A stretch of 64,000 nucleotides of DNA from an uncultured Pelagibacteraceae bacterium (GCA_902616205.1 CACMRY010000001.1:514-64513); one strand, 5' to 3'; shown: positions 51,255 through 62,598, counted from the first letter of the stretch. Program-made: numbers and translations. Notes: generated from the sequence alone by a model not told the origin.

Positions 51255-52669
51255 TGGAAAATTTAGAAATAATCTTACCTGAAATATTTTTATCATTAAC
51301 AATAATGTTCTTGCTTCTATTTGGGGTTTTTAAAAAAAATAGTTCAAAATTAATATATAATTTAACAACTATCAGTTTGATTATACTGTTTGCTTTATTA
51401 TTAAATCTTTACCAAGTTTCAGATTTATCAATTTTTAACAATAGTTACAAAATTGATAGTTTGGCAACATTTATGAAATTATTAACCATTGGGTCCGGAA
51501 TTTTTGTGATGCTCACTTCTTCAAGATATATTGAAATAAATAATATAAACAAAATGGAATATCCAATTTTAATATTAAGTTCTATTTTAGGAATGATGGT
51601 AATGATCAGTTCAAATGATCTAATTGTATTTTATATGGGTCTTGAATTACAATCTTTAGCACTATATGTACTTGCATCGTTTAATAGAGAAAATCTTCTA
51701 TCTACAGAGTCTGGTCTTAAATATTTTGTACTTAGCGCTCTGTCATCAGGTTTGTTACTCTATGGTTGTTCATTAATATATGGTTTCTCAGGATCCACAA
51801 ATTTTAACACTATTTTAGAAAACTCAAGTTCAGGTCAATATGGAATTACTTTTGGTATTGTTTTTATATTAGTTGGATTAGCATTTAAAATTTCTGCAGT
51901 TCCATTTCACATGTGGGCTCCAGATGTTTATCAAGGATCCCCAACTTCAGTAACAACATTTTTTGCAGTACTGCCAAAAATTGCAGCTTTGTCAGTTTTT
52001 ATAAGATTTTTGTACGTTCCATTTGCTGAAATGGACGATCAATGGCAAATGATTATAATATTTTTATCTATTGCATCTATGATTTTTGGAGCTGTAGCTG
52101 CAATAGGACAAAAAAATCTAAAACGACTGATAGCTTACAGCTCAATAGGACATATGGGATATTCTTTAACTGGTTTAGCTGCTGGAACCAATCAGGGTAT
52201 TCAAGGTTCTATAAGCTATATTGCAATTTACCTAGTTATGAATTTAGCTTTCTTCAGCTGCATGTTCATGCTTCGAAGGAATAATGAGTATTATGAAAGC
52301 ATTGAGGATTTATCTGGTCTTTCCAAAAATCACCCATTGTTATCGTTTTCATTACTAATAATATTATTTTCACTCGCAGGCATACCCCCACTCGCAGGCT
52401 TTTTTGCAAAATTTTATGTATTTATGGCTGTAATTGAGCAAAAAATGTATTTTTTAGCAATTGTAGGATTACTGTCTACGGTCATAGCTGCTTTTTATTA
52501 CTTAAGAATCATAAAAATTATATATTTTGATAAAGAAAAAGAAAAATTTGAGACAGACCATCATCTTGGATTAAAGTTTACATTGGCTGTTTCAACTATA
52601 TTTATTTTAGCATATTTTATTTATCCAAGCGGTTTAACTGAGATAGTTTCAAAAATAAATATAATTTAA
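51254..52669 (+). CDS. nuoN: NADH-quinone oxidoreductase subunit N
   Basis: FKISAVPFHMWAPDVYQGSP, LAGIPPLAGF. Confidence 0.98.
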   Translation: MENLEIILPEIFLSLTIMFLLLFGVFKKNSSKLIYNLTTISLIILFALLLNLYQVSDLSIFNNSYKIDSLATFMKLLTIGSGIFVMLTSSRYIEINNINKMEYPILILSSILGMMVMISSNDLIVFYMGLELQSLALYVLASFNRENLLSTESGLKYFVLSALSSGLLLYGCSLIYGFSGSTNFNTILENSSSGQYGITFGIVFILVGLAFKISAVPFHMWAPDVYQGSPTSVTTFFAVLPKIAALSVFIRFLYVPFAEMDDQWQMIIIFLSIASMIFGAVAAIGQKNLKRLIAYSSIGHMGYSLTGLAAGTNQGIQGSISYIAIYLVMNLAFFSCMFMLRRNNEYYESIEDLSGLSKNHPLLSFSLLIILFSLAGIPPLAGFFAKFYVFMAVIEQKMYFLAIVGLLSTVIAAFYYLRIIKIIYFDKEKEKFETDHHLGLKFTLAVSTIFILAYFIYPSGLTEIVSKINII

Positions 52670-53190
52670 TGAAATTGAAAATATTTCCTTTTAAAAAAGT
52701 TAAAAGTACAAATTCTACAGCGATAAGATTAATTAATCAGAATATAAAATTTGGTATTGTAACCTCAGAAAGACAATATAAAGGAAAAGGACAGGGAACA
52801 AATAGGTGGATATCAAATTATGGAAATATTTTTTTATCTATTTTTTTTCCCATAAAAAAAAATCTACCTATAAGAAATATTACTAAAATAAATTTAAATG
52901 TAGTTAAAAAAGTTATAAAAAAGCATATTAATGAAAGGATAAATATAAAACTTCCTAATGATATATTGATAAATCAATCAAAAATTTGTGGAATACTTCA
53001 GGAAACAATTTTTAAAAATAATATAAAGTACATAATTATTGGAGTAGGTATTAATTTAAATAATAGTCCGATTATCCCAAATTATTGTACATCATATCTA
53101 AATAAATATAGTAAAAAAAATATTAAAAAATTTGAACTAATAAAAGAGTTGAAAATAAACTTTGAGAAAAAAATTGAAAATTTCATATAA
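52669..53190 (+). CDS. birA: Biotin--protein ligase (short form, catalytic domain only)
   Basis: STNS, QYKGKG...W, KLPNDI, KICGILQE, GVGIN. Conserved position after nuoN. Confidence 0.88.
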   Translation: MKLKIFPFKKVKSTNSTAIRLINQNIKFGIVTSERQYKGKGQGTNRWISNYGNIFLSIFFPIKKNLPIRNITKINLNVVKKVIKKHINERINIKLPNDILINQSKICGILQETIFKNNIKYIIIGVGINLNNSPIIPNYCTSYLNKYSKKNIKKFELIKELKINFEKKIENFI

Positions 53191-53936
53191 TGATTTTAGT
53201 AGGTGATATTGGAAATACAGATATAAAAATTTCTTTATATAGTAATCATAAAAAATTAATTTTGAAAAAGAGGATTAATCCAATTTTGCTTAACCTTAAT
53301 AAATTAAACTTGCATTTTAGTTTCTTAAAAAAATACTTAAAAAGCATAGATAAAATTTTATTTTGTTCAGTGGTTCCAAATAAATTTATAAAAATAAAAA
53401 AATATTTTGAAAAAACTACTAATAAAAAATGTTATGAATTAAAAAAACTAAAAATTGAGAAATTAATTAAAATTGAGGTAAAAAAAAATCAAGTGGGATC
53501 TGATAGACTTGCAAATGCAATATCAATTTTAGAACCAAATAAAAATTTTATTATTATAGATTTTGGAACAGCAACAACATTTGACATTGTAATTAATAAA
53601 AATTACATTGGAGGTGTTATTGCTCCTGGTGTTCAATTGTCACTCGAAAATTTAACTAATAGAGCCTCCTTAATTCCTAAAATAAATTTAAAAAAAATTA
53701 AAAATGTTATAGGAAAAAACACATCCTCTGCAATTAATTCTGGTTTTTATCTTGGTTATAATGGTTTAATTGACAATATAATTAAATTGATTATTAAACA
53801 AACTCGAAAAAAATTTATGATTGTTTTAACTGGTGGTTTGTCACATCTATTTAAAAATTCAATAAATAGAAAAGTTAAATTAGACAAAGATTTAACAATA
53901 AATGGTGTATTGAAAGCATCAGATTTAATTAAGTAA
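53190..53936 (+). CDS. coaX: Type III pantothenate kinase
   Basis: DIGNT, GSDRLAN, IDFGTATTFD, GGVIAPG, TGG. Confidence 0.95.
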   Translation: MILVGDIGNTDIKISLYSNHKKLILKKRINPILLNLNKLNLHFSFLKKYLKSIDKILFCSVVPNKFIKIKKYFEKTTNKKCYELKKLKIEKLIKIEVKKNQVGSDRLANAISILEPNKNFIIIDFGTATTFDIVINKNYIGGVIAPGVQLSLENLTNRASLIPKINLKKIKNVIGKNTSSAINSGFYLGYNGLIDNIIKLIIKQTRKKFMIVLTGGLSHLFKNSINRKVKLDKDLTINGVLKASDLIK

Positions 53937-53941
53937 TAGAA

Positions 53942-55600
53942 ATGAAAGAAGAATTAATTTTTTGTCCTTTAGGTGGATCCGGAGAGATCGGTATGAATAT
54001 GAATTTATTTGCTTATGGTAAAACAGATAAACAAAAATGGATAATTGTTGATATAGGTGTTACGTTTGCAGATGACAATGTACCTGGTGTAGACTTAATT
54101 TATCCTGACCCTGGTTTCATAGTTGATAAAAGAGATGATTTACTCGGGATAGTTTTGACACATGCACACGAAGATCACATTGGCGCCATAGCGCATATTT
54201 GGCCAAAACTAAAATGTAAAATTTTTGCAACACCATTTACAGCGGTTCTGATTAATGAAAAGTTTAAAGAGAAAAAAATAGATATTTCAGGATATTTAAA
54301 AATTGTTCAATTAAACAGTACATTAAATCTTGATCCATTTAAGATTGAGTTTGTAACTCTGACTCACTCAATTCTTGAGCCAAACGGTCTAAAAATAGAA
54401 ACACCTGTAGGAAATATTCTTCATACAGGCGACTGGAAATGTGATCCTGACCCTTTGATTGGTGAAAATATAAACTCAAATAGATTAAAAGAAATCGGCA
54501 AAGAAGGTGTTCTTGCTATGATATGTGACTCAACAAATGTATTTAGCGCAGGAAGGGCAGGCTCAGAATTAGATGTTAGAAAAAATATGCTGAAAGTAAT
54601 GGAAAGACTCGATAAGCGAATTATTATTACTTCATTCGCTTCAAATGTAGCAAGAATGGAGACTGCGTTTTATTGTGCAGAAAAGACTGGAAGACAAATT
54701 GCTTTAGTTGGAAGATCAATGCATAGAATTTATAAAGCTGCAAGACAATGTGGGTATTTAAATAACGTAATTGAACCCCTAGATTCTAGAGATGTAAAAA
54801 ATATATCAAGAGAAAAAATTGTTTACTTGTGCACAGGCAGTCAAGGAGAACCTATGGGTGCCATGACTAGAATAGCTAATTATATTCATCCTGACGTATT
54901 TATAGAGAGGGGAGATGCAGTTATTTTTTCATCAAAGATAATTCCTGGTAATGAAAAAAAATTATATAAATTGCACAATCAGTTAGTTAAAGAGGGTATA
55001 GAAGTTATATCTGAGGAGAGTGAATTTATACATGTATCAGGTCATCCAAATAGAGAAGATTTAAAAGATATGTATAATTGGATTAAACCTAAGTCTGTAA
55101 TCCCAGTGCACGGCGAACATAGACACATGATAGAACACATAAACTTTGCAAAAGAAATGCAAGTTCCTTATCCAGTTAAAGTAGAAAATGGAGATATTGT
55201 AAGACTATATCCAGGTGAAAAACCAGAGGTTTACGATAAAGCCCCAAGTGGAAAGTTGTATGTTGATGGTAATATTAGTGTTGAAGAAGATGCACAATCA
55301 ATTAAAGAAAGAAAAAATTTATCAGCAAATGGTTTTGTTGAGGCAACAATTTTAATTACCCCGAAGGGAAATATTCACAACAAGCCTCTATTAACTTTCA
55401 AAGGTTTGCCTATTTATGAAAAGGAGGAATTTCAATACGGTCTTGAGGAAGAAATTGAAAAAACTACAAAAACATTTTCAATTAATAATAAAAAACAGGA
55501 AATAAATCTTATTGAGGCTTTAAAATCAACTTGTAGAAAATATACTAAGGAAAAAACTGGTAAAAGGCCACTCACAAATATAAATTTAGTGAGGATTTAG
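53942..55600 (+). CDS. rnj: Ribonuclease J
   Basis: PLGGSGEIGMN, THAHEDHIG, GSQGEP, HVSGH, PVHGE. Confidence 0.97.
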   Translation: MKEELIFCPLGGSGEIGMNMNLFAYGKTDKQKWIIVDIGVTFADDNVPGVDLIYPDPGFIVDKRDDLLGIVLTHAHEDHIGAIAHIWPKLKCKIFATPFTAVLINEKFKEKKIDISGYLKIVQLNSTLNLDPFKIEFVTLTHSILEPNGLKIETPVGNILHTGDWKCDPDPLIGENINSNRLKEIGKEGVLAMICDSTNVFSAGRAGSELDVRKNMLKVMERLDKRIIITSFASNVARMETAFYCAEKTGRQIALVGRSMHRIYKAARQCGYLNNVIEPLDSRDVKNISREKIVYLCTGSQGEPMGAMTRIANYIHPDVFIERGDAVIFSSKIIPGNEKKLYKLHNQLVKEGIEVISEESEFIHVSGHPNREDLKDMYNWIKPKSVIPVHGEHRHMIEHINFAKEMQVPYPVKVENGDIVRLYPGEKPEVYDKAPSGKLYVDGNISVEEDAQSIKERKNLSANGFVEATILITPKGNIHNKPLLTFKGLPIYEKEEFQYGLEEEIEKTTKTFSINNKKQEINLIEALKSTCRKYTKEKTGKRPLTNINLVRI

Positions 55601-55846
55601 TTGAGTATTACAGGATCATTAGTAGTTTTTGTTTGTCTATGGTGGATTATATTTTTCGCGATACTGCCAATTGATGTAAATAGGGAAAAAAAAGAAAATA
55701 TTGAGGGTGTGGATCCAGGAGCTCCCGAAAATCCTAAAATTTTAAAAAAAATTGGTTATTCTACTTTGATTACATCAATTATATTTATAATCATTTATTT
55801 ATTAGTAAAATATGAATATTTTAATTTAAGAAACTTTATCAACTAA
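55601..55846 (+). CDS. DUF1467 family membrane protein
   Basis: WWIIFFAILP...GVDPGAPENP. TTG start. Usual position before proS in alphaproteobacteria. Confidence 0.85.
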   Translation: MSITGSLVVFVCLWWIIFFAILPIDVNREKKENIEGVDPGAPENPKILKKIGYSTLITSIIFIIIYLLVKYEYFNLRNFIN

Positions 55847-57174
55847 TGTATTTTTCAAAATCATTTATTCCAATTCTTAAAAATAATCCCACAGAGGCTA
55901 AAATAAGATCTCATCAATTAATGCTGAGAGTGGGAATGATCAAACAGTCCTCTGCTGGAATTTACTCATGGCTACCATTGGGTTTTAAAGTGATGAAAAA
56001 AATTGAACAAATTGTTAGAGAAGAACAAGATAGAGTTGGTGTGCAAGAAATATTAATGCCAACAATTCAATCATCAGAAATCTGGAAGGAAAGTGGTCGT
56101 TACGATGATTATGGTGAAGAAATGTTACGTATAAAAGATCGTCAAAACAGAGAAATGCTTTATGGACCTACAAATGAAGAATTAGTTACTGAAATTTTTA
56201 GATCGAGTATTAAATCATATAAATCTCTTCCACAGTTACTCTACCATATTCAATGGAAATTTAGAGACGAACTGCGTCCAAGATTTGGAATCATGAGATG
56301 TAGAGAGTTTTATATGAAAGATGCTTACTCATTTGATTTGACAGATGATGATGCATTATTTTCTTACAATAAATTTTTTCTTTCCTATCTAAGAACATTC
56401 AAAAGATTGAACCTATCAGCTATACCAATGGCAGCAGACACTGGACCTATCGGGGGAAATTTATCGCATGAATTTATTATATTAGCTGAAACAGGTGAGA
56501 GTAAAATTTACACAGATAAAAGAATTTTTGAAGTTGATAGTGAAATTACTAAAATTGAAAAAAATTCATTAAATACATTAAGAGAAGAGTATGAAAAATT
56601 TTATGCAGTGACAGATGAAAAATTTGACAAAGAAGAGTTTGAAAAAAAAGTTTCAGAAAATCAAAGAATTAATACCAAAGGGATTGAAGTGGGGCACATT
56701 TTTTATTTTGGAGATAAATATTCCAAGCCAATGAATGCAGCAGTTGATTTTAATGGAAAAAAGGAATTTGTTAAAATGGGATCTTATGGAATAGGTGTAT
56801 CAAGATTAGTAGGCGCCATAATTGAGGCAAAATACGATGATAAAAATGAAATCATGAAATGGCCAATTCCAATAGCTCCATATCACTGTGCAATACTACC
56901 AATGATAAATAAAAATGATAATTCTAAATTAGAGAAATCAAATAAAATTTTAGAACATTTGAATAAAAATAATATAGATACCATTGTTGATGATACTGAC
57001 GAAAATATTTCAGCAAAGATAAAAAAATTTAATTTGATCGGAATTCCATTTCAATTGATATTGGGGAAAAAATCAGAAGGAGATACTTTTGAATTTAGAG
57101 AAGTAGGAAAAGAAACACAAAATTTGAAAATTGAAGAAATAATTACACAAATTAAAAAAGCAAAATCAAATTGA
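55846..57174 (+). CDS. proS: Proline--tRNA ligase (short alphaproteobacterial type)
   Basis: SHQLMLR, GPTNEE, FRDELRPRFG, GIEVGHIF, MGSYGIGVSR. Confidence 0.97.
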   Translation: MYFSKSFIPILKNNPTEAKIRSHQLMLRVGMIKQSSAGIYSWLPLGFKVMKKIEQIVREEQDRVGVQEILMPTIQSSEIWKESGRYDDYGEEMLRIKDRQNREMLYGPTNEELVTEIFRSSIKSYKSLPQLLYHIQWKFRDELRPRFGIMRCREFYMKDAYSFDLTDDDALFSYNKFFLSYLRTFKRLNLSAIPMAADTGPIGGNLSHEFIILAETGESKIYTDKRIFEVDSEITKIEKNSLNTLREEYEKFYAVTDEKFDKEEFEKKVSENQRINTKGIEVGHIFYFGDKYSKPMNAAVDFNGKKEFVKMGSYGIGVSRLVGAIIEAKYDDKNEIMKWPIPIAPYHCAILPMINKNDNSKLEKSNKILEHLNKNNIDTIVDDTDENISAKIKKFNLIGIPFQLILGKKSEGDTFEFREVGKETQNLKIEEIITQIKKAKSN

Positions 57175-58400
57175 TAAATAAGTTAGAAAAAGAGATAATC
57201 TTTAGATTTCTTAAAAGTAGGAAAAAAGATAGTTTTTTAAATTTAATCTCAATTTTTTCCTTTATAGGCATCACGCTAGGTGTGGCTGTTTTAATTATAG
57301 TTATGTCAGTAATGAATGGATTTAGAACCGAATTAATCAACAAAATAGTGGGTTTCAATGCACATGCAGTTGTTAAATCTTATGACAAAAAACTAAAAAT
57401 TGATTTTGAAATAACCAAAAATATCTCAAATGAGATAGATAATGTTATTCTAAGCAATGATGGTGAAGCCGTTATACTTAATAAAAACTCAACAAAAGGA
57501 GTTTTATTAAAAGGTTTTTTATCTCGAGATTTTTCTAATCTAAATGTTTTACAAAATGAAAATTTTTTTGGATTAAAAACGCTAAATGAAAATGAAATAT
57601 CAATCGGAAAAGATTTAAGTATAAATTTTAATTTAGATATTGGTGATAAAATAACAATAATGTCACCCGTAGGTGTTCAGACTTTAGTTGGCAGTCTTCC
57701 TAAACAGGAAGTATTTAAGATTACGTCAATATATGACAGTGGTTTATCTGACTATAATGAATATGTTGCTTATATAAACCTTAAAACTTTAGAGGATTTA
57801 TTTGACAAAAATGAAAATCAAAGATTTTTAGAATTCTATTTTAAAAATCCTCATGAAGTAGATAGTCTAAAAAATAAATTATCAAATATATACGACGAAG
57901 AATATGTTTATACTTGGGCTGATTTGAATTCTTCATTATTTTCTGCTTTAAAAGTTGAAAGGAATGTGATGTTTATTATTTTATCACTAATAATTATTGT
58001 AGCGGCATTCAATATTATATCTGGCTTAACGATTTTAGTTAAAAACAAAACAAGAGATATTGGTATATTAAAATCAATAGGAGTTCAAAATTCTTCAATA
58101 AAAAAAATATTTTTCATGATTGGTTTTATAATTGGCACCTCCGCTACTGTCTTTGGTGTTATGATTGGTACTCTATTCTCGATTTATATAGAAAATATCC
58201 GAAATTTTATTAGCGAAATTTTTAATATCACTTTATTTCCAGAAGAAATTTATTTTTTAAGTAAAATGCCATCTGAAATTGATCCTCAATCTATTATTTT
58301 AATTTCTTTTTGCTCAATTATCTCAACAGTAATTGTATCAATTTTTCCTGCCACACAGGCAGCTAAATTAGATGCAGTCAAAACTTTAAAATATGAGTAA
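57171..58400 (+). CDS. lolE: Lipoprotein-releasing ABC transporter permease LolC/E
   Basis: GITLGVAVLIIVMSVMNGF, VAAFNIISGL. TTG start. Confidence 0.9.
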   Translation: MINKLEKEIIFRFLKSRKKDSFLNLISIFSFIGITLGVAVLIIVMSVMNGFRTELINKIVGFNAHAVVKSYDKKLKIDFEITKNISNEIDNVILSNDGEAVILNKNSTKGVLLKGFLSRDFSNLNVLQNENFFGLKTLNENEISIGKDLSINFNLDIGDKITIMSPVGVQTLVGSLPKQEVFKITSIYDSGLSDYNEYVAYINLKTLEDLFDKNENQRFLEFYFKNPHEVDSLKNKLSNIYDEEYVYTWADLNSSLFSALKVERNVMFIILSLIIIVAAFNIISGLTILVKNKTRDIGILKSIGVQNSSIKKIFFMIGFIIGTSATVFGVMIGTLFSIYIENIRNFISEIFNITLFPEEIYFLSKMPSEIDPQSIILISFCSIISTVIVSIFPATQAAKLDAVKTLKYE

Positions 58401-59079
58401 ATCAATCGTATTAAAAAATATTGGAAAAAAATATTTCTCACACACCAATATAAAAGTTTTAAATGACATTAGTTTTTCTTTTGAAAAAGGTAAAATTTAT
58501 TCCTTAGTTGGTCCTTCCGGCTCAGGTAAATCAACATTTTTGAATTTACTGTCTTTAATTGACCAACCAAATTCAGGGTCGATTGAAATTTTAAGTAAAA
58601 AAATTAATTTTTCAGAAAAAGTAGAAAATGATAAAATTAGATCTGAAAAAATTGGGATAATTTATCAGGATAAAAATCTGTTAAATGATTTTACTGCTTT
58701 AGAAAATATTTATTTACCAAAATTATTATTAACTAATGATAAAAAAAACTCGATTGAGGAAGCTAAAAAAATTAGTAAAAAAGTTAATTTAACCTCAAGA
58801 TTAAATCATTATCCATCAGAGTTATCAGGTGGAGAGACTCAGAGAGTTGCTATATCTAGAGCTTTAATCAATGAACCTGAAATAATATTAGCAGATGAAC
58901 CAACGGGAAGCTTAGATTTTGATAATGCTAAACAAATATTTAAAATTTTATTCAACTTAAAAAATAAAAATCGAGTAATAATTTTTGCAACTCATAATAG
59001 ATATTTTGCAAATATGGCAGATTGCAAATTGCAAATGATAAATGGTAAGATAAAACTTACCAATGCAAGAGTCGATTAG
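58393..59079 (+). CDS. lolD: Lipoprotein-releasing ABC transporter ATPase
   Basis: GPSGSGKST, LSGGETQR, ADEPTGSLD. Confidence 0.9.
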   Translation: MSKSIVLKNIGKKYFSHTNIKVLNDISFSFEKGKIYSLVGPSGSGKSTFLNLLSLIDQPNSGSIEILSKKINFSEKVENDKIRSEKIGIIYQDKNLLNDFTALENIYLPKLLLTNDKKNSIEEAKKISKKVNLTSRLNHYPSELSGGETQRVAISRALINEPEIILADEPTGSLDFDNAKQIFKILFNLKNKNRVIIFATHNRYFANMADCKLQMINGKIKLTNARVD

Positions 59080-62000
59080 CAAAACATTTAATCATTTCAA
59101 AATACATACACAATATTCTATATGTGAAGGTGCCGCTAAAATAAACTTGCTAAAAGAATATTGTAAATTAAACAAAGTACAATCCTTAGGAATATCTGAC
59201 ACAGCAAATTTATGTGGAGCCCTAGAATTTTCTGAGGGCATATCGTCTGTTGGTACCCAGCCAATAATAGGTACTCAAATTAACTTTAAATATAAAGATT
59301 ATTATGGATTAATTCCTTTAATAGCTAAAAATTATATTGGCTATAAAAACATAATCGAATTATCTTCAAAATCTTATCTAGAAAATGACACTTTAAATGA
59401 TCCACATTGCAAATTTGAAGATTTAATAAATTTTAATGAAGGCATTATCATCCTCTCAGGATCAATTAACTCATTATCAGGAAATCTTTTTAACAAAGGG
59501 TTGTTAGAGGAATTAAGTAGTATTTATAAAGCTTTTTCAGAAAACTTTGCTGACAATTTTTATATAGAAATACAAAGACACAATGATGCTAATGAAAAAC
59601 AATTTGAAAGTTATAATTTAGAGCAATCTAAAAATTTAAATTTACCAATTATTGCTTCTAACGAAGTTTTTTATATCGATAAATCAATGCATGAAGCTCA
59701 TGACGCTTTAATGTGTATTGGACAAAAAACATATGTCAATGATGGTAATAGAAAAAGGCTTTCTAATAATCATTACTTAAAAAGTTCTGATGAAATGATA
59801 GAATTGTTCAAAGATCTTCCAGAGGCACTTGAAAATAATTTTAGTCTTCCATACAGATGTAATTATAGACCATTGCCATCAAAGCCAATTTTGCCAAATA
59901 TCTCAGATAATAATATTGATACAAACCAAGCACTACTAAACGAATCCTTAAATGGTCTTAAAGAAAAATTTGAAAAAATCTTCAATATAAATGAAACTGA
60001 ATTAAATACTAATGATGATTATAAAAAATATAAAATAAGATTAGATCATGAAATCAGCATTATAACCAAAATGAATTATTCTGGTTATTTTTTAATAGTT
60101 TCTGATTATATTAAATGGGCAAAAAATAATAATATTCCAGTTGGACCAGGAAGAGGGTCTGGAGCAGGCTCTTTAGTTGCCTGGTGTCTTTCAATTACAG
60201 ATATCGATCCAATTAAGTTTAATTTGATTTTTGAGAGATTTTTAAATCCAGATAGAATTTCAATGCCAGATTTTGATATAGATTTTTGTGAGGAAAAAAG
60301 AGATCTAGTTTTTGAATACTTAACAAAAAAATATTCTAATAGCGTAGCTCATATAATTACTTTTGGTAAATTAAAGGCAAGGATGGTCATCAGAGACGTA
60401 GGTAGGGTATTAGGATTGCCCTATGGTTTTATAGATAGCATTTGTAAAATGATTCCATTTGACCCCTCAAGACCATTAAATTTACAGGAATGTATTAATG
60501 TCGAGCCAAGACTTCAAAAATTAATACAGGATGATAAGAGAGTTAGTAGACTTATAGAATTATCACTAAAATTAGAAGGCTTGAATAGAAACGTTGCAAC
60601 GCATGCAGCGGGCGTTGTTATAGCAGATAAAAAATTAACTGAAACTACACCATTATATAAAGATTCTGCATCAGATCTACTATTACCTTCTACACAATTT
60701 GACATGTATTCTGCAGAAAATGCTGGATTGGTAAAATTTGATTTTTTAGGTTTAAAAACTTTAACAGTAATAGATAAAACGCAAAAACTAGTTAATGAAA
60801 AAGATCCAAATTTTAAAATAGATAAAATTAATTACGAAGATCAAAAAGTATACGATTTATTATCTAGTGGAAAAACGGTTGGGCTATTTCAGCTTGAAAG
60901 TTCAGGTATGAAAGATGCTTTAATGCATATGAAGCCAAATAGATTAGAAGATATTATTGCTTTAGTTGCTCTTTATAGACCAGGACCAATGAGCAACATA
61001 CCAATCTATAATGATTGCAAACATGGACTAAGAGAACCTGATTATCTTCATCCAAGATTAGAAGAAATTTTAAAACCAACTTATGGAGTAATAATTTATC
61101 AAGAACAAGTTATGCAAATAGCACAAGCTTTATCTGGTTTTACAGCTGGTGAAGCAGATATTCTAAGACGAGCAATGGGAAAAAAGAAAAGAGCTGAGCT
61201 TGAAAAACAAAAACAAAGATTTGTAGAAGGAGCATTCAAAAATGGCATAACTAAAGACATTGCAGCAGGCATTTTTCTTAAAATAGAACCTTTCGCCGAA
61301 TATGGGTTTAACAAAAGTCACGCAGCAGCATATGCAGTAATTGCCTACCAAACAGCATATTTAAAAACATATTATACTCATGAGTTTTTTGCAGCATCAA
61401 TGTCAATGGAATTATCAAATCAAAAAAAATTAAGTGAATTTTATGAGGAATTAAAAAGATTAAATATTGAAATTGTTAGACCAGATATAAATAAATGTTT
61501 TTCAGATTTCACATCAAATGGTAAACAGTTTTTTTATGCTCTTGGCGCAATTAAAAACGTTGGTTATGAAGCAATTTCAAATATAGTTAAAGAAAGAGAA
61601 ACCAATGGAGAGTATAAAAACTTATCTGATTTTATAAAAAGAGTTGATCCTAAGGATATAAACAAACTTCAGTTAGAAGGTTTAGTTAGAGCAGGTGCCT
61701 TTGATAATTTAAATGATAATAGACAATCAATTTATAATTCTATTCCAAATATTATATTAAAATCAAAAAATTATTTTGAAAATAAACAAGTTAATCAATT
61801 TGATTTGTTTGACGATAAACTTAGTAATGAAGAAAATATTCTTGATGATATTGAAGATTGGAAAATTGATATTAGACTTACAAAAGAGTTTGAGACATTA
61901 GGTTTTTACATTTCTGATCATCCTTTAAATCAATATAAATCTATATTCGATCAATACAATATTGTAAGTTATGATAATTTCCAAAATGACGAAAATTTAT

Positions 62001-62473
62001 TGAGTTCTAATATTGCCTGTACAGTATTAAAAGTCCAAGAAAAAAAAACACAAAAAGGAACATCCTATGCAATAATTAAATTTTCAGACTTGAATAGTGT
62101 TTTTGAATTATTTATTTTTTCAGATATTTTTGAAATTAACCGTGAAGTTTTAATAGAGGGAAATTCTCTAATGTTGACTTTAATGAAAAATTATATCGAT
62201 GAAAAAAAAACACAAAAAAAAATTAATGTTAAAAAAATTATCACATTAAAAGATGTAATTAATAAGCCAATTGATTTATTAAAACTTAAATTTAATGACT
62301 TATATGAATTGCAGAAAATTAAACACCTGAAAAAAGATGAAGGCAGAACATCAATTAAATTCGAATTACAGAATAAACAAAATAAGTTAATTTTTGATTT
62401 AAAAGATAAAAGGAAAATTGACCTCAAGCAGCTAAATTCACTAAAAATTAAGGAAAATTTAATACTAGATTAA
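59063..62473 (+). CDS. dnaE: DNA polymerase III alpha subunit
   Basis: PHP domain, GPGRGSGAGS, FERFLNPDRISMPDFDIDF, YGFNKSHA. Confidence 0.98.
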   Translation: MQESISKTFNHFKIHTQYSICEGAAKINLLKEYCKLNKVQSLGISDTANLCGALEFSEGISSVGTQPIIGTQINFKYKDYYGLIPLIAKNYIGYKNIIELSSKSYLENDTLNDPHCKFEDLINFNEGIIILSGSINSLSGNLFNKGLLEELSSIYKAFSENFADNFYIEIQRHNDANEKQFESYNLEQSKNLNLPIIASNEVFYIDKSMHEAHDALMCIGQKTYVNDGNRKRLSNNHYLKSSDEMIELFKDLPEALENNFSLPYRCNYRPLPSKPILPNISDNNIDTNQALLNESLNGLKEKFEKIFNINETELNTNDDYKKYKIRLDHEISIITKMNYSGYFLIVSDYIKWAKNNNIPVGPGRGSGAGSLVAWCLSITDIDPIKFNLIFERFLNPDRISMPDFDIDFCEEKRDLVFEYLTKKYSNSVAHIITFGKLKARMVIRDVGRVLGLPYGFIDSICKMIPFDPSRPLNLQECINVEPRLQKLIQDDKRVSRLIELSLKLEGLNRNVATHAAGVVIADKKLTETTPLYKDSASDLLLPSTQFDMYSAENAGLVKFDFLGLKTLTVIDKTQKLVNEKDPNFKIDKINYEDQKVYDLLSSGKTVGLFQLESSGMKDALMHMKPNRLEDIIALVALYRPGPMSNIPIYNDCKHGLREPDYLHPRLEEILKPTYGVIIYQEQVMQIAQALSGFTAGEADILRRAMGKKKRAELEKQKQRFVEGAFKNGITKDIAAGIFLKIEPFAEYGFNKSHAAAYAVIAYQTAYLKTYYTHEFFAASMSMELSNQKKLSEFYEELKRLNIEIVRPDINKCFSDFTSNGKQFFYALGAIKNVGYEAISNIVKERETNGEYKNLSDFIKRVDPKDINKLQLEGLVRAGAFDNLNDNRQSIYNSIPNIILKSKNYFENKQVNQFDLFDDKLSNEENILDDIEDWKIDIRLTKEFETLGFYISDHPLNQYKSIFDQYNIVSYDNFQNDENLLSSNIACTVLKVQEKKTQKGTSYAIIKFSDLNSVFELFIFSDIFEINREVLIEGNSLMLTLMKNYIDEKKTQKKINVKKIITLKDVINKPIDLLKLKFNDLYELQKIKHLKKDEGRTSIKFELQNKQNKLIFDLKDKRKIDLKQLNSLKIKENLILD

Positions 62474-62520
62474 AAATAATTCTTGAAATTATATTTTAAG
62501 CTTGTATTTACTTCTCAAAT

Positions 62521-62595
62521 TAACACGCACACAATTTTTGGTTTTATACCTCCGGTCCCTTTGGGGCGATAATTGTGGTGGCATAACCGGGAATA
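62521..62595 (+). ncRNA. rpsB 5' leader structured RNA (S2 autoregulatory element)
   Basis: GC-rich island upstream of rpsB. Stem CACAATT(62530-36)/AATTGTG(62571-77), inner hairpin CCC-TTT-GGG, and pseudoknot-compatible CCGGT(62552-56)/ACCGG(62586-90). Confidence 0.75.
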
Positions 62596-62598
62596 AAT

